A stretch of 64,000 nt of DNA from a virus. Positions 25,002 to 35,001 of the stretch are shown here, piece by piece. The number at the start of each line of letters is the position of its first letter. The stretch's first letter is position 1. The stretch is from the IMG/VR virus record IMGVR_UViG_3300045988_181101. One strand, written 5' to 3'. The notes under the pieces are model-generated. The model ran no database searches and was not told where the DNA came from. It was given only the letters and a program-made list of their open reading frames with translations. Made by a program: the position numbers and the translations under genes.

Positions 25002-26471
25002 TTATATTAAACAATAAATTAACTCATTTCTCGCTCTTGTAATAGCTACAAATTTCAAACAATATTCACTATAAAGAGCTTCTTGTGATATTGCATATTG
25101 ACTTGGAATCAAATTAGGATTTAAAAAGAATACTCTATCAGCTTCTAATCCTTTTGATTTGTGAATTGTACTTAAAATAATACCGTCAGTATCTTCATCT
25201 GTATAAATCTTTAAAACATGTTCTTTCAATTTATTTACATCCTTCCAAATAGAATATAATCTCATTATAATAGCACATTTTTCAAGCAAATTAACATAAG
25301 ATGGATTATTAATTGCAATATTATGAGGAATGCCTTTATCAAGTAACGATTGAAGTTTTTCTTCTTTAAGAATTTCAAGATCGTCTATATACTTGATCTT
25401 TTCTAAAAGTCTACATAAAGATTCTCCAAAATCTCTTCCCTTAATACTTGATCTTTTACCAAGCTCCAATAACTTAATAAATACTTCTATTAAAGGTAAA
25501 TTATTTCTACATAAAATAAAGTCACCATTTTGTGCTTCTTCAAAATCACCGTTTCTTACTATACCTTCTTTAGCATTAGGTGCAGCTACGATTCCACTTG
25601 AAAAAACTTTCTGTGCTTCTTCTACAATCTTCTTAGAACATCTATAAGTAATATCGAGAGGTAAGGTTGTTGTGTTAGGAAGTTGTTGAAGTAATCTAAA
25701 ATTTGTTACACTGGACCCTGAAAATTGGTAAATGCACTGTTTTTCGTCGCCCACGGAAATTAATCTGCCAAATTTTGGTTTTATAAATCTTAAAGTCAAT
25801 TCTCTTTGAAGAACATTTTGATCCTGTGTTTCATCTATAAACACAACATCATATTTAGGAAAATCATCTTCGTCTAATAAAATATAAGGTAAATAAAGCA
25901 TATCGGTGAAATCCATTTGAAATTCTTTATTACTGTCAATCAACTTAGAATTCTTATGCCAATAATATTCTATATCCTTAATATCTTGTATCATTCTATC
26001 ATAGAAATCAAAGTCTTTATCTAAACAGATGTTTTGTATATCGTTTTCATAATCTACAAGTAAATTAATTCTTATTTGATTCCATATTTCTTGTAAAGAA
26101 AAGATATACCTCGTTTGTTGATTGAAAGGAACTTCGTCTTCTTTATCAAACTTCAAAATCTTTTTACAAAGTTGAAAACATTTATTTTCATTTATCTTCA
26201 ATTGAAATTTAAAGTTAGAATATAATGTTCTCAATCCTTTTGAATGAAAAGTGCTAACATCAATTCTATCAGGAACTTTTGTTTTTAATTCTTCAGCAAT
26301 ACTTTTGTTAAAAGCCATAAATAAAACTTTTTTTGTAGGTGAAGTTCTTCTACAACATTCAATAATAGTAGCCGATTTCCCTGCTCCGGCTGTAGCACTA
26401 ATCATTATATTATTCCGAGTCCTTTCGTATTCATCAAAAATAGCTTCTTGTCTATCACTCCATTTTACCAT
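25002..26471 (-). CDS. UvrD/PcrA-type superfamily 1 DNA helicase
   Basis: Walker A is SATAGAGKSATI and Walker B is VFIDETQD. Also YRC, TIHKSKGLEADRVF and VAITRARNEL. Confidence 0.8.
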   Translation of the reverse strand: MVKWSDRQEAIFDEYERTRNNIMISATAGAGKSATIIECCRRTSPTKKVLFMAFNKSIAEELKTKVPDRIDVSTFHSKGLRTLYSNFKFQLKINENKCFQLCKKILKFDKEDEVPFNQQTRYIFSLQEIWNQIRINLLVDYENDIQNICLDKDFDFYDRMIQDIKDIEYYWHKNSKLIDSNKEFQMDFTDMLYLPYILLDEDDFPKYDVVFIDETQDQNVLQRELTLRFIKPKFGRLISVGDEKQCIYQFSGSSVTNFRLLQQLPNTTTLPLDITYRCSKKIVEEAQKVFSSGIVAAPNAKEGIVRNGDFEEAQNGDFILCRNNLPLIEVFIKLLELGKRSSIKGRDFGESLCRLLEKIKYIDDLEILKEEKLQSLLDKGIPHNIAINNPSYVNLLEKCAIIMRLYSIWKDVNKLKEHVLKIYTDEDTDGIILSTIHKSKGLEADRVFFLNPNLIPSQYAISQEALYSEYCLKFVAITRARNELIYCLI

Positions 26472-26477
26472 AATTAT

Positions 26478-26954
26478 TTAATTTTTAATATCTTCTTTGT
26501 AATTATCAAATTGTTTATAGTCAGCAAGTAAATCTGCAACAGCATTACCAAACACAATAGGATCATCTAAATTCTTTCCATGTCCTGGAGTCCAATTTAT
26601 TCTTATTCGCACTTTTTTATCAAGTCTCTGTAGCTCATTATAAACTTCTCTCCATAAATCTTGATTTTCAATATCTTCAAAATCTTTAGAAGCAATATCA
26701 ATAATTGTTCTCATACCATTGACAACATATTGACTATCACTCCATATTGTAACAAGAAGAGGTTTTTCATTATTCAAAGATTTTAATGCTAAAAGAATTG
26801 CTCTAAGTTCACATCTACTTATGGTCGTATTCTCATAACCTTCCTGAATAAAATATTCGTTACCATTCCATTGTATATAAACTCCTGAACCTCCTTTACG
26901 AAGTTTCCAATAACAACTACCGTCACAAAAGATTGTCACTTGCTCTCTTTTCAT
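26478..26954 (-). CDS. rnhA: ribonuclease HI
   Basis: IFCDGSC...GGSGVY...RCELRAILLAL...IWSDSQYVVNG...W.PGH.G...N..AD.LA. ATG at 26954 lies 3 nt from a -7 box (the track start at 26969 lies inside that box). Confidence 0.8.
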   Translation of the reverse strand: MKREQVTIFCDGSCYWKLRKGGSGVYIQWNGNEYFIQEGYENTTISRCELRAILLALKSLNNEKPLLVTIWSDSQYVVNGMRTIIDIASKDFEDIENQDLWREVYNELQRLDKKVRIRINWTPGHGKNLDDPIVFGNAVADLLADYKQFDNYKEDIKN

Positions 26955-26991
26955 ACTTAAAGATACCAATTATTTATCTTCTAATATCAAT

Positions 26992-28668
26992 TTAGTTACT
27001 CTTATAAGATTTAAGAAGTTCCATATCTATCGATTGTATTTTATCAATATTATCAATAGATGTTCCTTTATTTACAGCATTTATAACTTTAGATTTTTCT
27101 TTAAAAATTTCACCTATACGAGTATCAATAGTTTCATCAGATAAAAGAAAATACACATTAATACTATTTTTTTGTCCCATTCTTTCTAAACGTGAAATTG
27201 CTTGTTCTAAATCAGTAGGACCTACAGGATATTCTATAAAAATCATATTACTACAAACCTTTTGTAAACCATCTACACCTGTAGATAATGTTGCAGTGTT
27301 TGCAAATAATATTTGTTTCTTTTCTTTCCATCTTTCTACTTTATTCATCTTATCTTCAGTAGTGCTTTCACCAATAACAAGTTCACTTTCATCTTTAAAC
27401 TTTTGATGTAATTGTTTTAGAGGTTCTTTTAATGTACCAAACACTATGATCTTATCATCTTCGTTACTTTCGATCCAATCTTTCAAAAATTGTTCTATAA
27501 AATTCAACTTACCTTCTAAAGACAATCTTTTCAAATTAGAAATTTTAACAAGATGTTCAGCTTTTAAAGCTCTTTCTGCAGCATCTATATCTATACCTTC
27601 AAGATATTTAATCAAATCGTTTTCAGCTTGTTTATATTCTTTTTTATTTGTAATTGAACAATTTACAGTTTGATTAATTACATCAGGCAATTCTATCAAC
27701 ACATCTCTTTTACTCTTCCTAAAATAACAATAATGAGAAATTATTGAATTCAATTCTAAAGTATAAGAAGCTCCTGAACAATCCAATCCAAATCTCGTTT
27801 TCTTAGCATTACAATATCTATATAAAAAATAGTGTAGACTTGGAAATATCTCCTTAAATCTTCCTAATATATCAAGTACATTTATTAGCTCTTGAGGTCT
27901 ATTCATTATCAAAGTGCCACTTAAAGCCAAAACCTTCGTAGATTTTTTCACAATCTTTTTGACACTTCTTGATCTCAAAGACTTTGGATTTTTACATAAA
28001 TGTATTTCATCTAAAATGACAGTACCCCATTTTTTAGATAGACTTCTTGAATATCTTAGTTTAATTTCCTCTTTTGAACTTCCCCTTTTATAAAGATAAT
28101 CGTAATTTATAATTGTCACATCTGCTTTCCAATCTGTATTCTCACCATCTTTAGAATCTATAACATGAATCGTTCTATTAGGGTTCCATTGTTTCCATTC
28201 TTTCAACCAACTTGATTTAACTGATGAAGGACATATTACTAAACAAGGAAATAAATCTAATACTTCTACATACAAAATACTTTGCATAGTTTTGCCAGTT
28301 CCACATTCGCAACCGTTGATACAGTTACCATGATTGATCATATAAGTAATACCTTCTATTTGATAATCTCTTGGTTTCATAGGAAAATCAAGATATTCTA
28401 TCATTTCTCGAAGAAGATCTTCATCTATCGCTTTAGGTTTTTTCTTCAATTCGATTTCGCATGGCAACACAACTTTTTTATTTTCAAATCTGTTTGATTC
28501 TAAAAACATTTTTAATTTATAAGAATCATCTAACCCTATTTGAAAATACCATTCTTTTGTTGCTATATTGTATTTTGCCTTGAATTCTTTTTTCATCATA
28601 TCGATAAAATATCTATTATATTCAAAGCCTACATATATCCAATCTTTCTCTCTGTACCAATATCTCAT
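26992..28668 (-). CDS. SNF2-family DNA-dependent ATPase/helicase
   Basis: DYQIEGITYM, CGTGKT, ILDEIHLCKN, ALSGTL and C-terminal Q.ISRLERMGQ. The track start at 28686 is TTG; the first ATG is at 28668. Confidence 0.8.
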   Translation of the reverse strand: MRYWYREKDWIYVGFEYNRYFIDMMKKEFKAKYNIATKEWYFQIGLDDSYKLKMFLESNRFENKKVVLPCEIELKKKPKAIDEDLLREMIEYLDFPMKPRDYQIEGITYMINHGNCINGCECGTGKTMQSILYVEVLDLFPCLVICPSSVKSSWLKEWKQWNPNRTIHVIDSKDGENTDWKADVTIINYDYLYKRGSSKEEIKLRYSRSLSKKWGTVILDEIHLCKNPKSLRSRSVKKIVKKSTKVLALSGTLIMNRPQELINVLDILGRFKEIFPSLHYFLYRYCNAKKTRFGLDCSGASYTLELNSIISHYCYFRKSKRDVLIELPDVINQTVNCSITNKKEYKQAENDLIKYLEGIDIDAAERALKAEHLVKISNLKRLSLEGKLNFIEQFLKDWIESNEDDKIIVFGTLKEPLKQLHQKFKDESELVIGESTTEDKMNKVERWKEKKQILFANTATLSTGVDGLQKVCSNMIFIEYPVGPTDLEQAISRLERMGQKNSINVYFLLSDETIDTRIGEIFKEKSKVINAVNKGTSIDNIDKIQSIDMELLKSYKSN

Positions 28669-28746
28669 ATTATTATTAAATATCAAATGGAGGAATCTTA
28701 TTTCGCAATAAAGTTCCTCCTAACTTTTAAACAAAACTAAATTTGG

Positions 28747-30669
28747 CTACATTAAAAACTTTTCTTTAAATTCTTGAAGTGTAAAAATAGGTATACCTAA
28801 TTGTTCAGCTTTACTTTCTTTTGTAGATCCACTATTCTTGATTTTAGTCACTACACAAGAAGTTTTTTTACTTACAGACGATCCTATTTTATGACCTTTA
28901 TCAGTTAATTGTTTTTCAAGATTCTTATCTCTAAATCCTGTAAAGACAACTGTCATTTGACCTTCAAAAGTCCTTTCTTCTTGACCATAATAAGTAATAG
29001 GAATATCAATATCATTATTCATCCACCAATCTACAACACCTTGAATAAACGAAATAGCTGTAGAAACACCTACACCTTCAATATTTTTTTCAATATCTAA
29101 AGCCCAACTTTCATCGCATTCTTTTGCAAAAGAAGATATTTCTTTGTAGGAATATAATTTTAATCCATCAAGAATTTTCTGACACGTCTTTTCAGCGATT
29201 ACTCCATTAAATACATTGCAAGCTGTTAAAAACTTTGCAAAATTTGTACCTTTCTTCTTCAAATCTTCAAATTGCTTTGAAAGTACTTTAGCTGCAACAT
29301 TTCCTAATCCTTCAATCTTCTTCAAATCTTCTTCACTTAAATTGAGGATTTTAAAAGGAGTATCGTAACCAGCATTAAATAATTTTTTAATCGTAGGCTC
29401 TCTAAATTCCTTAAAGTCTAATACTGAGAAGAAATAAACACATTTAGCAAGTTTAATACCGTCACAATTTGCATTTTTACAAATCAAATCAACCTTATTT
29501 TCATCCCAACATAATTCTTTTCCACATAAAGGACATATAGAAGGCACTTTAGGATAAAGATTATTACTGTGAATAGTCTTTAAATGTTTAGGTATAACAT
29601 CACCTGATCTACATATTATTACACGAGCATCTTTGATTATATTATTATTAACTATATATCGAGCATTATATGCAGTACAACGAGACACTGTAGCACCACA
29701 TAGATCTATAGGTTCAATGTTTACAACAGGAGCAAGTCGTCCATCTTTAGAAATTTGCCAATCTACACTTTTAACAACTGTTTCTTCTCTTTCTGACCAA
29801 TCAGGATTTTTATAAGCAATAGCGTATCTTGGATTATTATTAGGTAATCGACCAAGTTCTGCTCTTAAATTCGAATCATTAACGTCTATAACAAGACCAT
29901 CACATTTATATCCACGTGTTAAATCTTCGAATAATTTATTCATCAAATTTATAAAAGATTCTTCAGATGTAACCAACGAACCTACTGTTGTTGAAGCATA
30001 TTGAACTTGCGAACTTGGTATAGTTGCTTCGTTTAAAAAATCAAGTTGTTTTTGTTTTGACCAATCTTCTCTATCACATCCATAACGTACATATGTAACG
30101 TGTGATAATATAGGATTGACTTCTGATGAATTAATTAAACCTGCAACTGCATTACGAGCTGATTTATATCCAGCGTCTTCTTTAATTTTTAAGAAATCAG
30201 TCGTTTTAAATATAGCTTCACCGAATGTGATTTCTATTTGATCAAAATCTTTCGGTTCCCATTGACTTCCTTTTATAAGTTTATAATGTTCGGAACAATC
30301 TTGACCATATTCACCATCACCTCTCGTTAAAGCATGACCTACAACATCATTAACACATAATGAAATACCATCATATTTAGGGGTTATAATCAGTTTATCA
30401 GAAAGTTTAAGATTACATGATTCAATCCATCTTTTAATTTCTTCATACGTTTTAACCTTTTCTAAACTGTACATAGGAAGATGTAATTTTTGTTTCCTTC
30501 CTTTAACTTTGTCTTGAACACCTTTTTTAAACCAATCATTATTAGGATCTATTTTATGTAAAACATCGATTAATTCATCGTATTCAGAATCTGTCATAAT
30601 TGGATTACCCCTACGATAAGCATCATTTGCTTTTCTTATTTCACTTACTCTTTCTTCTATAGATTTCAT
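28747..30669 (-). CDS. ligA: NAD-dependent DNA ligase
   Basis: KYDG adenylation motif, Zn finger CPLCGKEL...CKNANC, HhH region and C-terminal BRCT (VVFTGF). Confidence 0.9.
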   Translation of the reverse strand: MKSIEERVSEIRKANDAYRRGNPIMTDSEYDELIDVLHKIDPNNDWFKKGVQDKVKGRKQKLHLPMYSLEKVKTYEEIKRWIESCNLKLSDKLIITPKYDGISLCVNDVVGHALTRGDGEYGQDCSEHYKLIKGSQWEPKDFDQIEITFGEAIFKTTDFLKIKEDAGYKSARNAVAGLINSSEVNPILSHVTYVRYGCDREDWSKQKQLDFLNEATIPSSQVQYASTTVGSLVTSEESFINLMNKLFEDLTRGYKCDGLVIDVNDSNLRAELGRLPNNNPRYAIAYKNPDWSEREETVVKSVDWQISKDGRLAPVVNIEPIDLCGATVSRCTAYNARYIVNNNIIKDARVIICRSGDVIPKHLKTIHSNNLYPKVPSICPLCGKELCWDENKVDLICKNANCDGIKLAKCVYFFSVLDFKEFREPTIKKLFNAGYDTPFKILNLSEEDLKKIEGLGNVAAKVLSKQFEDLKKKGTNFAKFLTACNVFNGVIAEKTCQKILDGLKLYSYKEISSFAKECDESWALDIEKNIEGVGVSTAISFIQGVVDWWMNNDIDIPITYYGQEERTFEGQMTVVFTGFRDKNLEKQLTDKGHKIGSSVSKKTSCVVTKIKNSGSTKESKAEQLGIPIFTLQEFKEKFLM

Positions 30670-30680
30670 ATTTTTATTGT

Positions 30681-30758
30681 TTTTAATTGTCCTTTTTCAA
30701 TACCTAAAGATACTCCTTATTTTGGAGATAACAAACGTTTATCTCCAAAATAAGAACG
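30681..30758 (-). promoter_or_regulatory. family-1 promoter/operator repeat, copy D, with complete 16-bp-arm palindrome
   Basis: TTTG (30735-30732), 19 nt, TATCTTTA (30712-30705). CTTATTTTGGAGATAA (30716-30731) pairs with TTATCTCCAAAATAAG (30739-30754), with a 7-nt spacer. Confidence 0.6.
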
Positions 30759-30776
30759 AATTAAAGACTTTTAAGA

Positions 30777-31109
30777 TTATTCACCGAAGAATTGTTTAGT
30801 CATTTGTTCTCTTTTGTATCTTATTTTATCTTCTACACCTTCCTTTTTAGCATTTTCCTTGTAACGTTTCTTTAATACTGATGCTTTATCTTCGTTACTT
30901 TTTGAATTAAAAGACATAAATGATATATTTATATCACCTTCATTTTTAGGAAGTTCCTCTCTATATCCCATTTGTTGTCCACAACATTTACAATAAGGAA
31001 TGTTTATAGGAACTGTACCATTTTCTGTATATTTAAATGTAGGATTTATTTCGAGAATCTCTTTTCCAAAATTTTTACATTTTTCGTTTTCACACTTCCA
31101 ATATAACAT
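30777..31109 (-). CDS. zinc-ribbon protein (110 aa)
   Basis: CENEKC....CKCCG pairs. The track start at 31118 is TTG; ATG is at 31109. Confidence 0.45.
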   Translation of the reverse strand: MLYWKCENEKCKNFGKEILEINPTFKYTENGTVPINIPYCKCCGQQMGYREELPKNEGDINISFMSFNSKSNEDKASVLKKRYKENAKKEGVEDKIRYKREQMTKQFFGE

Positions 31110-31121
31110 AATCTTCAATTT

Positions 31122-31430
31122 TTAATACTCATTCTTTTTATCAGAAATTAACCACATATAATTATCATGTCCAAATTTAAAATCCTTTTTTGAACGACCT
31201 TGAATTCTTTCTTCAAAAGAGATAGGATTCATCTGAGATATTTGAAAAACCATGTGTTCTGCAAGATCAGTCACATCTTGTGCCCCTCTAACTTCATTAA
31301 AGTACACATCACGAGTTTTTGGAGAAAAACTCTCAACAAGATAAACTTTTATTTTACCTAAAAAATCAATAACAAGAAATTGTTTCTTAGTCATTGCTAC
31401 TATAGTCCATAAATCATTTATATCTATCAT
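31122..31430 (-). CDS. hypothetical protein (102 aa)
   Basis: ATG ORF. Confidence 0.5.
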   Translation of the reverse strand: MIDINDLWTIVAMTKKQFLVIDFLGKIKVYLVESFSPKTRDVYFNEVRGAQDVTDLAEHMVFQISQMNPISFEERIQGRSKKDFKFGHDNYMWLISDKKNEY

Positions 31431-31441
31431 AACCTTATTAT

Positions 31442-31963
31442 TTAAAAATTCATTCTACGTCCATATTCAGCCATAAGTAAACTGTCAGAAAAGTTATCAT
31501 CTTCATTCTTACATTTATTTGTTCTTCTAAGATCTACAGTAGGAAAAATTCTATGAGAAGCTAAGAAGCTCATTTTCTTTGTATCAATAACTTGAGTTTT
31601 ACCTGTTGTAGAAGGTTTTGTTATCACATTAATTCCTCTAAACATTTCTTTTTGCCAAATCTTGGGATTTACTTTTGTATAAGGTAACCCGATTGTAGCA
31701 ATAACACCTTCGATTAATCCTGCTATAAATCCAAAGTTAAATGTTCCTTTTGCTGAACTACCGAAAATTGCGTGTATATTCTCAATTATAACATGACAAT
31801 TATCTTCATACTTAGAAAGGTTTAATAATGTATTACTTATTTCGACTGCATCTACATTTTTCGCATTTTTCAATAAAAAAAATGATTCTATGAATTTTCC
31901 AGTTTCATCTACAATCGAGATACAACCTTTAACACCGGGGTCTATACCTATATAATATTTCAT
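31442..31963 (-). CDS. RuvC-like Holliday junction resolvase
   Basis: YIGIDPGVKG, IIENIHAIF and G...G.I......LPY..V.P..WQK follow the RuvC acidic-residue layout. Confidence 0.6.
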   Translation of the reverse strand: MKYYIGIDPGVKGCISIVDETGKFIESFFLLKNAKNVDAVEISNTLLNLSKYEDNCHVIIENIHAIFGSSAKGTFNFGFIAGLIEGVIATIGLPYTKVNPKIWQKEMFRGINVITKPSTTGKTQVIDTKKMSFLASHRIFPTVDLRRTNKCKNEDDNFSDSLLMAEYGRRMNF

Positions 31964-34900
31964 ACTTCTAATCTACTTACTCCATTTTCTTTAATAACGC
32001 GAATTTGACTAATTTCTTCATTCAGTTTTGGTACATGAGTAACTATAAGAATAGGTTGCTTGAAGAAACTTATAGAAGTTGTAATATTCTCAATACCAAG
32101 TGAATCTACACTTTCCAATATTTCATCTATAAGTAAGAATTGCATTCCACCATATTTCTTAGTAGTGTTGATCATTGATTGAAGAGCAAGTATAAGTGCT
32201 ATTTCACAACGTGCTTTTTCACCTTCAGAGTAAAATGTAAATAATTCCATTTCATCTCTAAAAATGTAAGGTGTAATTTCTTCTTTAAGTTTACCGTTTG
32301 CACCTTTCTTAAAACCTTCAATCATTAATCTTAAATCACTACCCATTTTCTTTAAAATATCATTAGCAGAAAATTGAATATTCTTCAACTGTTCCATTGC
32401 AAGATACATTTTAAAATCCTTGAAACGTTGAGTCCATTGATTTATATTGAAAATATCATTTGTTTTATCTTCTATTTTTGAAGCAATTTTAGAAATAGAT
32501 TTGTTTATACTTTCTATTCGTTTTTCAATATTAGATGTATCTTTTTCTTTTAATGGTTCTTTTAAAATTTCTTGAATAAGTTTTTCTTTATGTTCTATTG
32601 TCTCATAAGCTAACTCAACTTCAACTTTACCTGATTTTAAATTCTTATTCAATTTTAAAATCTGTGTATCAATAGTATCAATTGATTGAATTACGGTATT
32701 TAATTTATTTTTAATTGATCGTTGTGATTGTAATATAGAGTTTTCTTCATTTTCAGTCTCCTTTCTTAGAGAGTTATATTCTTTTATAACTTCATCTAAA
32801 TCTATTACAATTTGATTACATTCATCCTTTTCTTCTTTTTCTTTTTCAATAGAATTATTACACTTATCCTTTTCTTCTTTTAATTCGTCAATATTTTTAT
32901 CACATTTAAGAAGGAATTCGTGATGACATTTAGGACAAACAATCACACCTGACAAGATATTATCTATAGAATTAAGAGTTGATTTCAATTCCCTTATTCT
33001 ATCATTATGTTTATCAATTTCCTTTTCTGTAGACCTTTTATCTTCTTTATATTGATTTAAATCTTTATCAATTTCACTATATACTTCTTGAAATCTATTT
33101 AAATCAATAGACGATAATTCTTTTTCAACCTTTTCTTTTATTTTTTCAAGATCCTCTTTCTCTTTAAATTTATCCTCGAGATCCTTTTGATAAGAACCTA
33201 ATAAAATTTGCAAATCTTGAGTCTTATGATCAATTTTCTGAATTTCTTGTCGAATCTCTTCAATTCGCTCATTTCTTTCAGCTTCTTGATCTTTAGAATT
33301 TTCTTGTTCTAATTGTTCTTCATATACAGAAAGTTTGCCTGTCAATAAAGATTTTTCATCTTCTAATGAACGTTTTTCTTCAGTTATTTCATCAATTTTT
33401 TCTATAATAACATCCTTCGTTTTATCAATCTTTGAAAAATTGATAAAACGACTTATAAGAGCCAATTTTTCAGTATTAGATGCTTTAAAGAAAGAATTAT
33501 AATTATCTTTTGTTACAATATAATAAGATTTAGCATCTTCTGCAGAAATTTCAATCCAATTAGATACATATCTATTTCCATCAAGAACTGTAGCACAATT
33601 TACTGGTGTAACCTTTTCATTTTCATCAATCAAAGATAATCTTAATGTAGACGAACCTTTTATACGTATTTCTCTTTCTATAGATAGAGTTTGTTTACGT
33701 ATAGGGCAATATATTTGAACACAAGTATAAGCTACATCAAATCCATATCGAATCAACTTTTTATCTACATTTCCACGTAAATTAACACCGTAAATACCAT
33801 AAAATAAACCTTGACCAAAAAATGAATTATGTGTAACAATAAAATTGTTGGTTAAATATAATCCATCTTTATTAGAAACGGTAATACATTGCATTTCTTC
33901 TTTTCCAACATATTGAATATCAACAATTCTCCGATCAACACAGTTCATTTTCTTCTCTTGCATCAATCTTTCAGATTTTCTTTTCAGATGAAAAAGATCA
34001 AGTCCTTTAGGAGGAACAATTCTTAACCGATAACTATCCTTACATTGAATTTTCTCTCCTTTTTTATTCTTATAAGAAGATTTTAAATGAGAAACTTTAT
34101 GACATAGACAACCGAGACTTCTTGCTATAAAAGCAACGTCTTCAATTAATTGTTTAGAAGTTAAAGTTAATTCTACCTTTCCTCTTTTATCAACATATCC
34201 GTCTGTATCTAAAAGGCCTCTAAGAAGTTCAAGTCTGACTTCTTTATTATTGTACATGTATTCCTTCGGAATAAATTTTTCAGAAGAATAAAGTCCAAAT
34301 AAATTATATTTTTCTAAGATCTTCCAAAAAGCATCTTCTTGATTTTGAACTTTATTAATACGATAATCAAGTTTATTTGATGATTGAACTAATTCAAATT
34401 TTTTATAAAAATTCAATCTATTTACAATCTCTTCGTCAGGTGAAGTAAAACCAATAATTTTTTGTGTAAATCCTCCATCACCTAACAAAGCTCCTAAGGT
34501 GTAGGGGTCAATATCGACTTTTTGATAAGGATAATCTATACAATCGACTGTTGGCACTCTATATCTATAAGGATTACTATTTCCACAATTACATTGTATA
34601 GATTGTTTCATTATATCTTTAAGCGATTTTATAACCCATTTCTTAGGAGTATAACATGAAGCAACTTTCCATAGATGCTCGTTATTACATTTGACTTTTG
34701 TTCCATCATTGAATGTAATTTCGTAACAATCAATGATTCCTTGAGGATGAATCGCTACTACTACTTGTTCTTTTCCATCAGAACCTAAAATTTTAGTTCC
34801 AATTCTAACATCTCTCATTTTTATAGATCCGGATAATGTCATAATATCAGAATCTAAACTCTGCGCTTTACCTCCACCATTTGAAAGTTGATCATCCTGA

Positions 34901-35001
34901 GTTCTATTCTCTCCTATTACAGCAATAGGTTTGTGTACAAAATCATAATCAAGAGATTCAAATGGACCAAAATTCTTTAATACTAATCTTCTTGGATACA
35001 T
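31960..35001 (-). CDS. sbcC: SbcC/Rad50/gp46-type recombination ATPase, interrupted by an intein
   Basis: N-extein ends ...LSNGGGK and C-extein starts SFFGQGLFYGIYG, which restores NGGGKS. A long coiled coil follows with a CPKCHH zinc hook. C-terminal signature/Walker B is LLIDEILESVD. Confidence 0.8.
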   Translation of the reverse strand: MYPRRLVLKNFGPFESLDYDFVHKPIAVIGENRTQDDQLSNGGGKAQSLDSDIMTLSGSIKMRDVRIGTKILGSDGKEQVVVAIHPQGIIDCYEITFNDGTKVKCNNEHLWKVASCYTPKKWVIKSLKDIMKQSIQCNCGNSNPYRYRVPTVDCIDYPYQKVDIDPYTLGALLGDGGFTQKIIGFTSPDEEIVNRLNFYKKFELVQSSNKLDYRINKVQNQEDAFWKILEKYNLFGLYSSEKFIPKEYMYNNKEVRLELLRGLLDTDGYVDKRGKVELTLTSKQLIEDVAFIARSLGCLCHKVSHLKSSYKNKKGEKIQCKDSYRLRIVPPKGLDLFHLKRKSERLMQEKKMNCVDRRIVDIQYVGKEEMQCITVSNKDGLYLTNNFIVTHNSFFGQGLFYGIYGVNLRGNVDKKLIRYGFDVAYTCVQIYCPIRKQTLSIEREIRIKGSSTLRLSLIDENEKVTPVNCATVLDGNRYVSNWIEISAEDAKSYYIVTKDNYNSFFKASNTEKLALISRFINFSKIDKTKDVIIEKIDEITEEKRSLEDEKSLLTGKLSVYEEQLEQENSKDQEAERNERIEEIRQEIQKIDHKTQDLQILLGSYQKDLEDKFKEKEDLEKIKEKVEKELSSIDLNRFQEVYSEIDKDLNQYKEDKRSTEKEIDKHNDRIRELKSTLNSIDNILSGVIVCPKCHHEFLLKCDKNIDELKEEKDKCNNSIEKEKEEKDECNQIVIDLDEVIKEYNSLRKETENEENSILQSQRSIKNKLNTVIQSIDTIDTQILKLNKNLKSGKVEVELAYETIEHKEKLIQEILKEPLKEKDTSNIEKRIESINKSISKIASKIEDKTNDIFNINQWTQRFKDFKMYLAMEQLKNIQFSANDILKKMGSDLRLMIEGFKKGANGKLKEEITPYIFRDEMELFTFYSEGEKARCEIALILALQSMINTTKKYGGMQFLLIDEILESVDSLGIENITTSISFFKQPILIVTHVPKLNEEISQIRVIKENGVSRLEV
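33826..34866 (-). mobile_element. intein (347 aa) with LAGLIDADG homing-endonuclease domain, class-3-like
   Basis: Residues 46-392 of the ORF: starts AQSLDSDIM, ends FIVTHN|S. LAGLIDADG motifs are LGALLGDGGF and LLRGLLDTDGYV. Block B is NNEHLW and block F is MQCITV. Confidence 0.75.
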
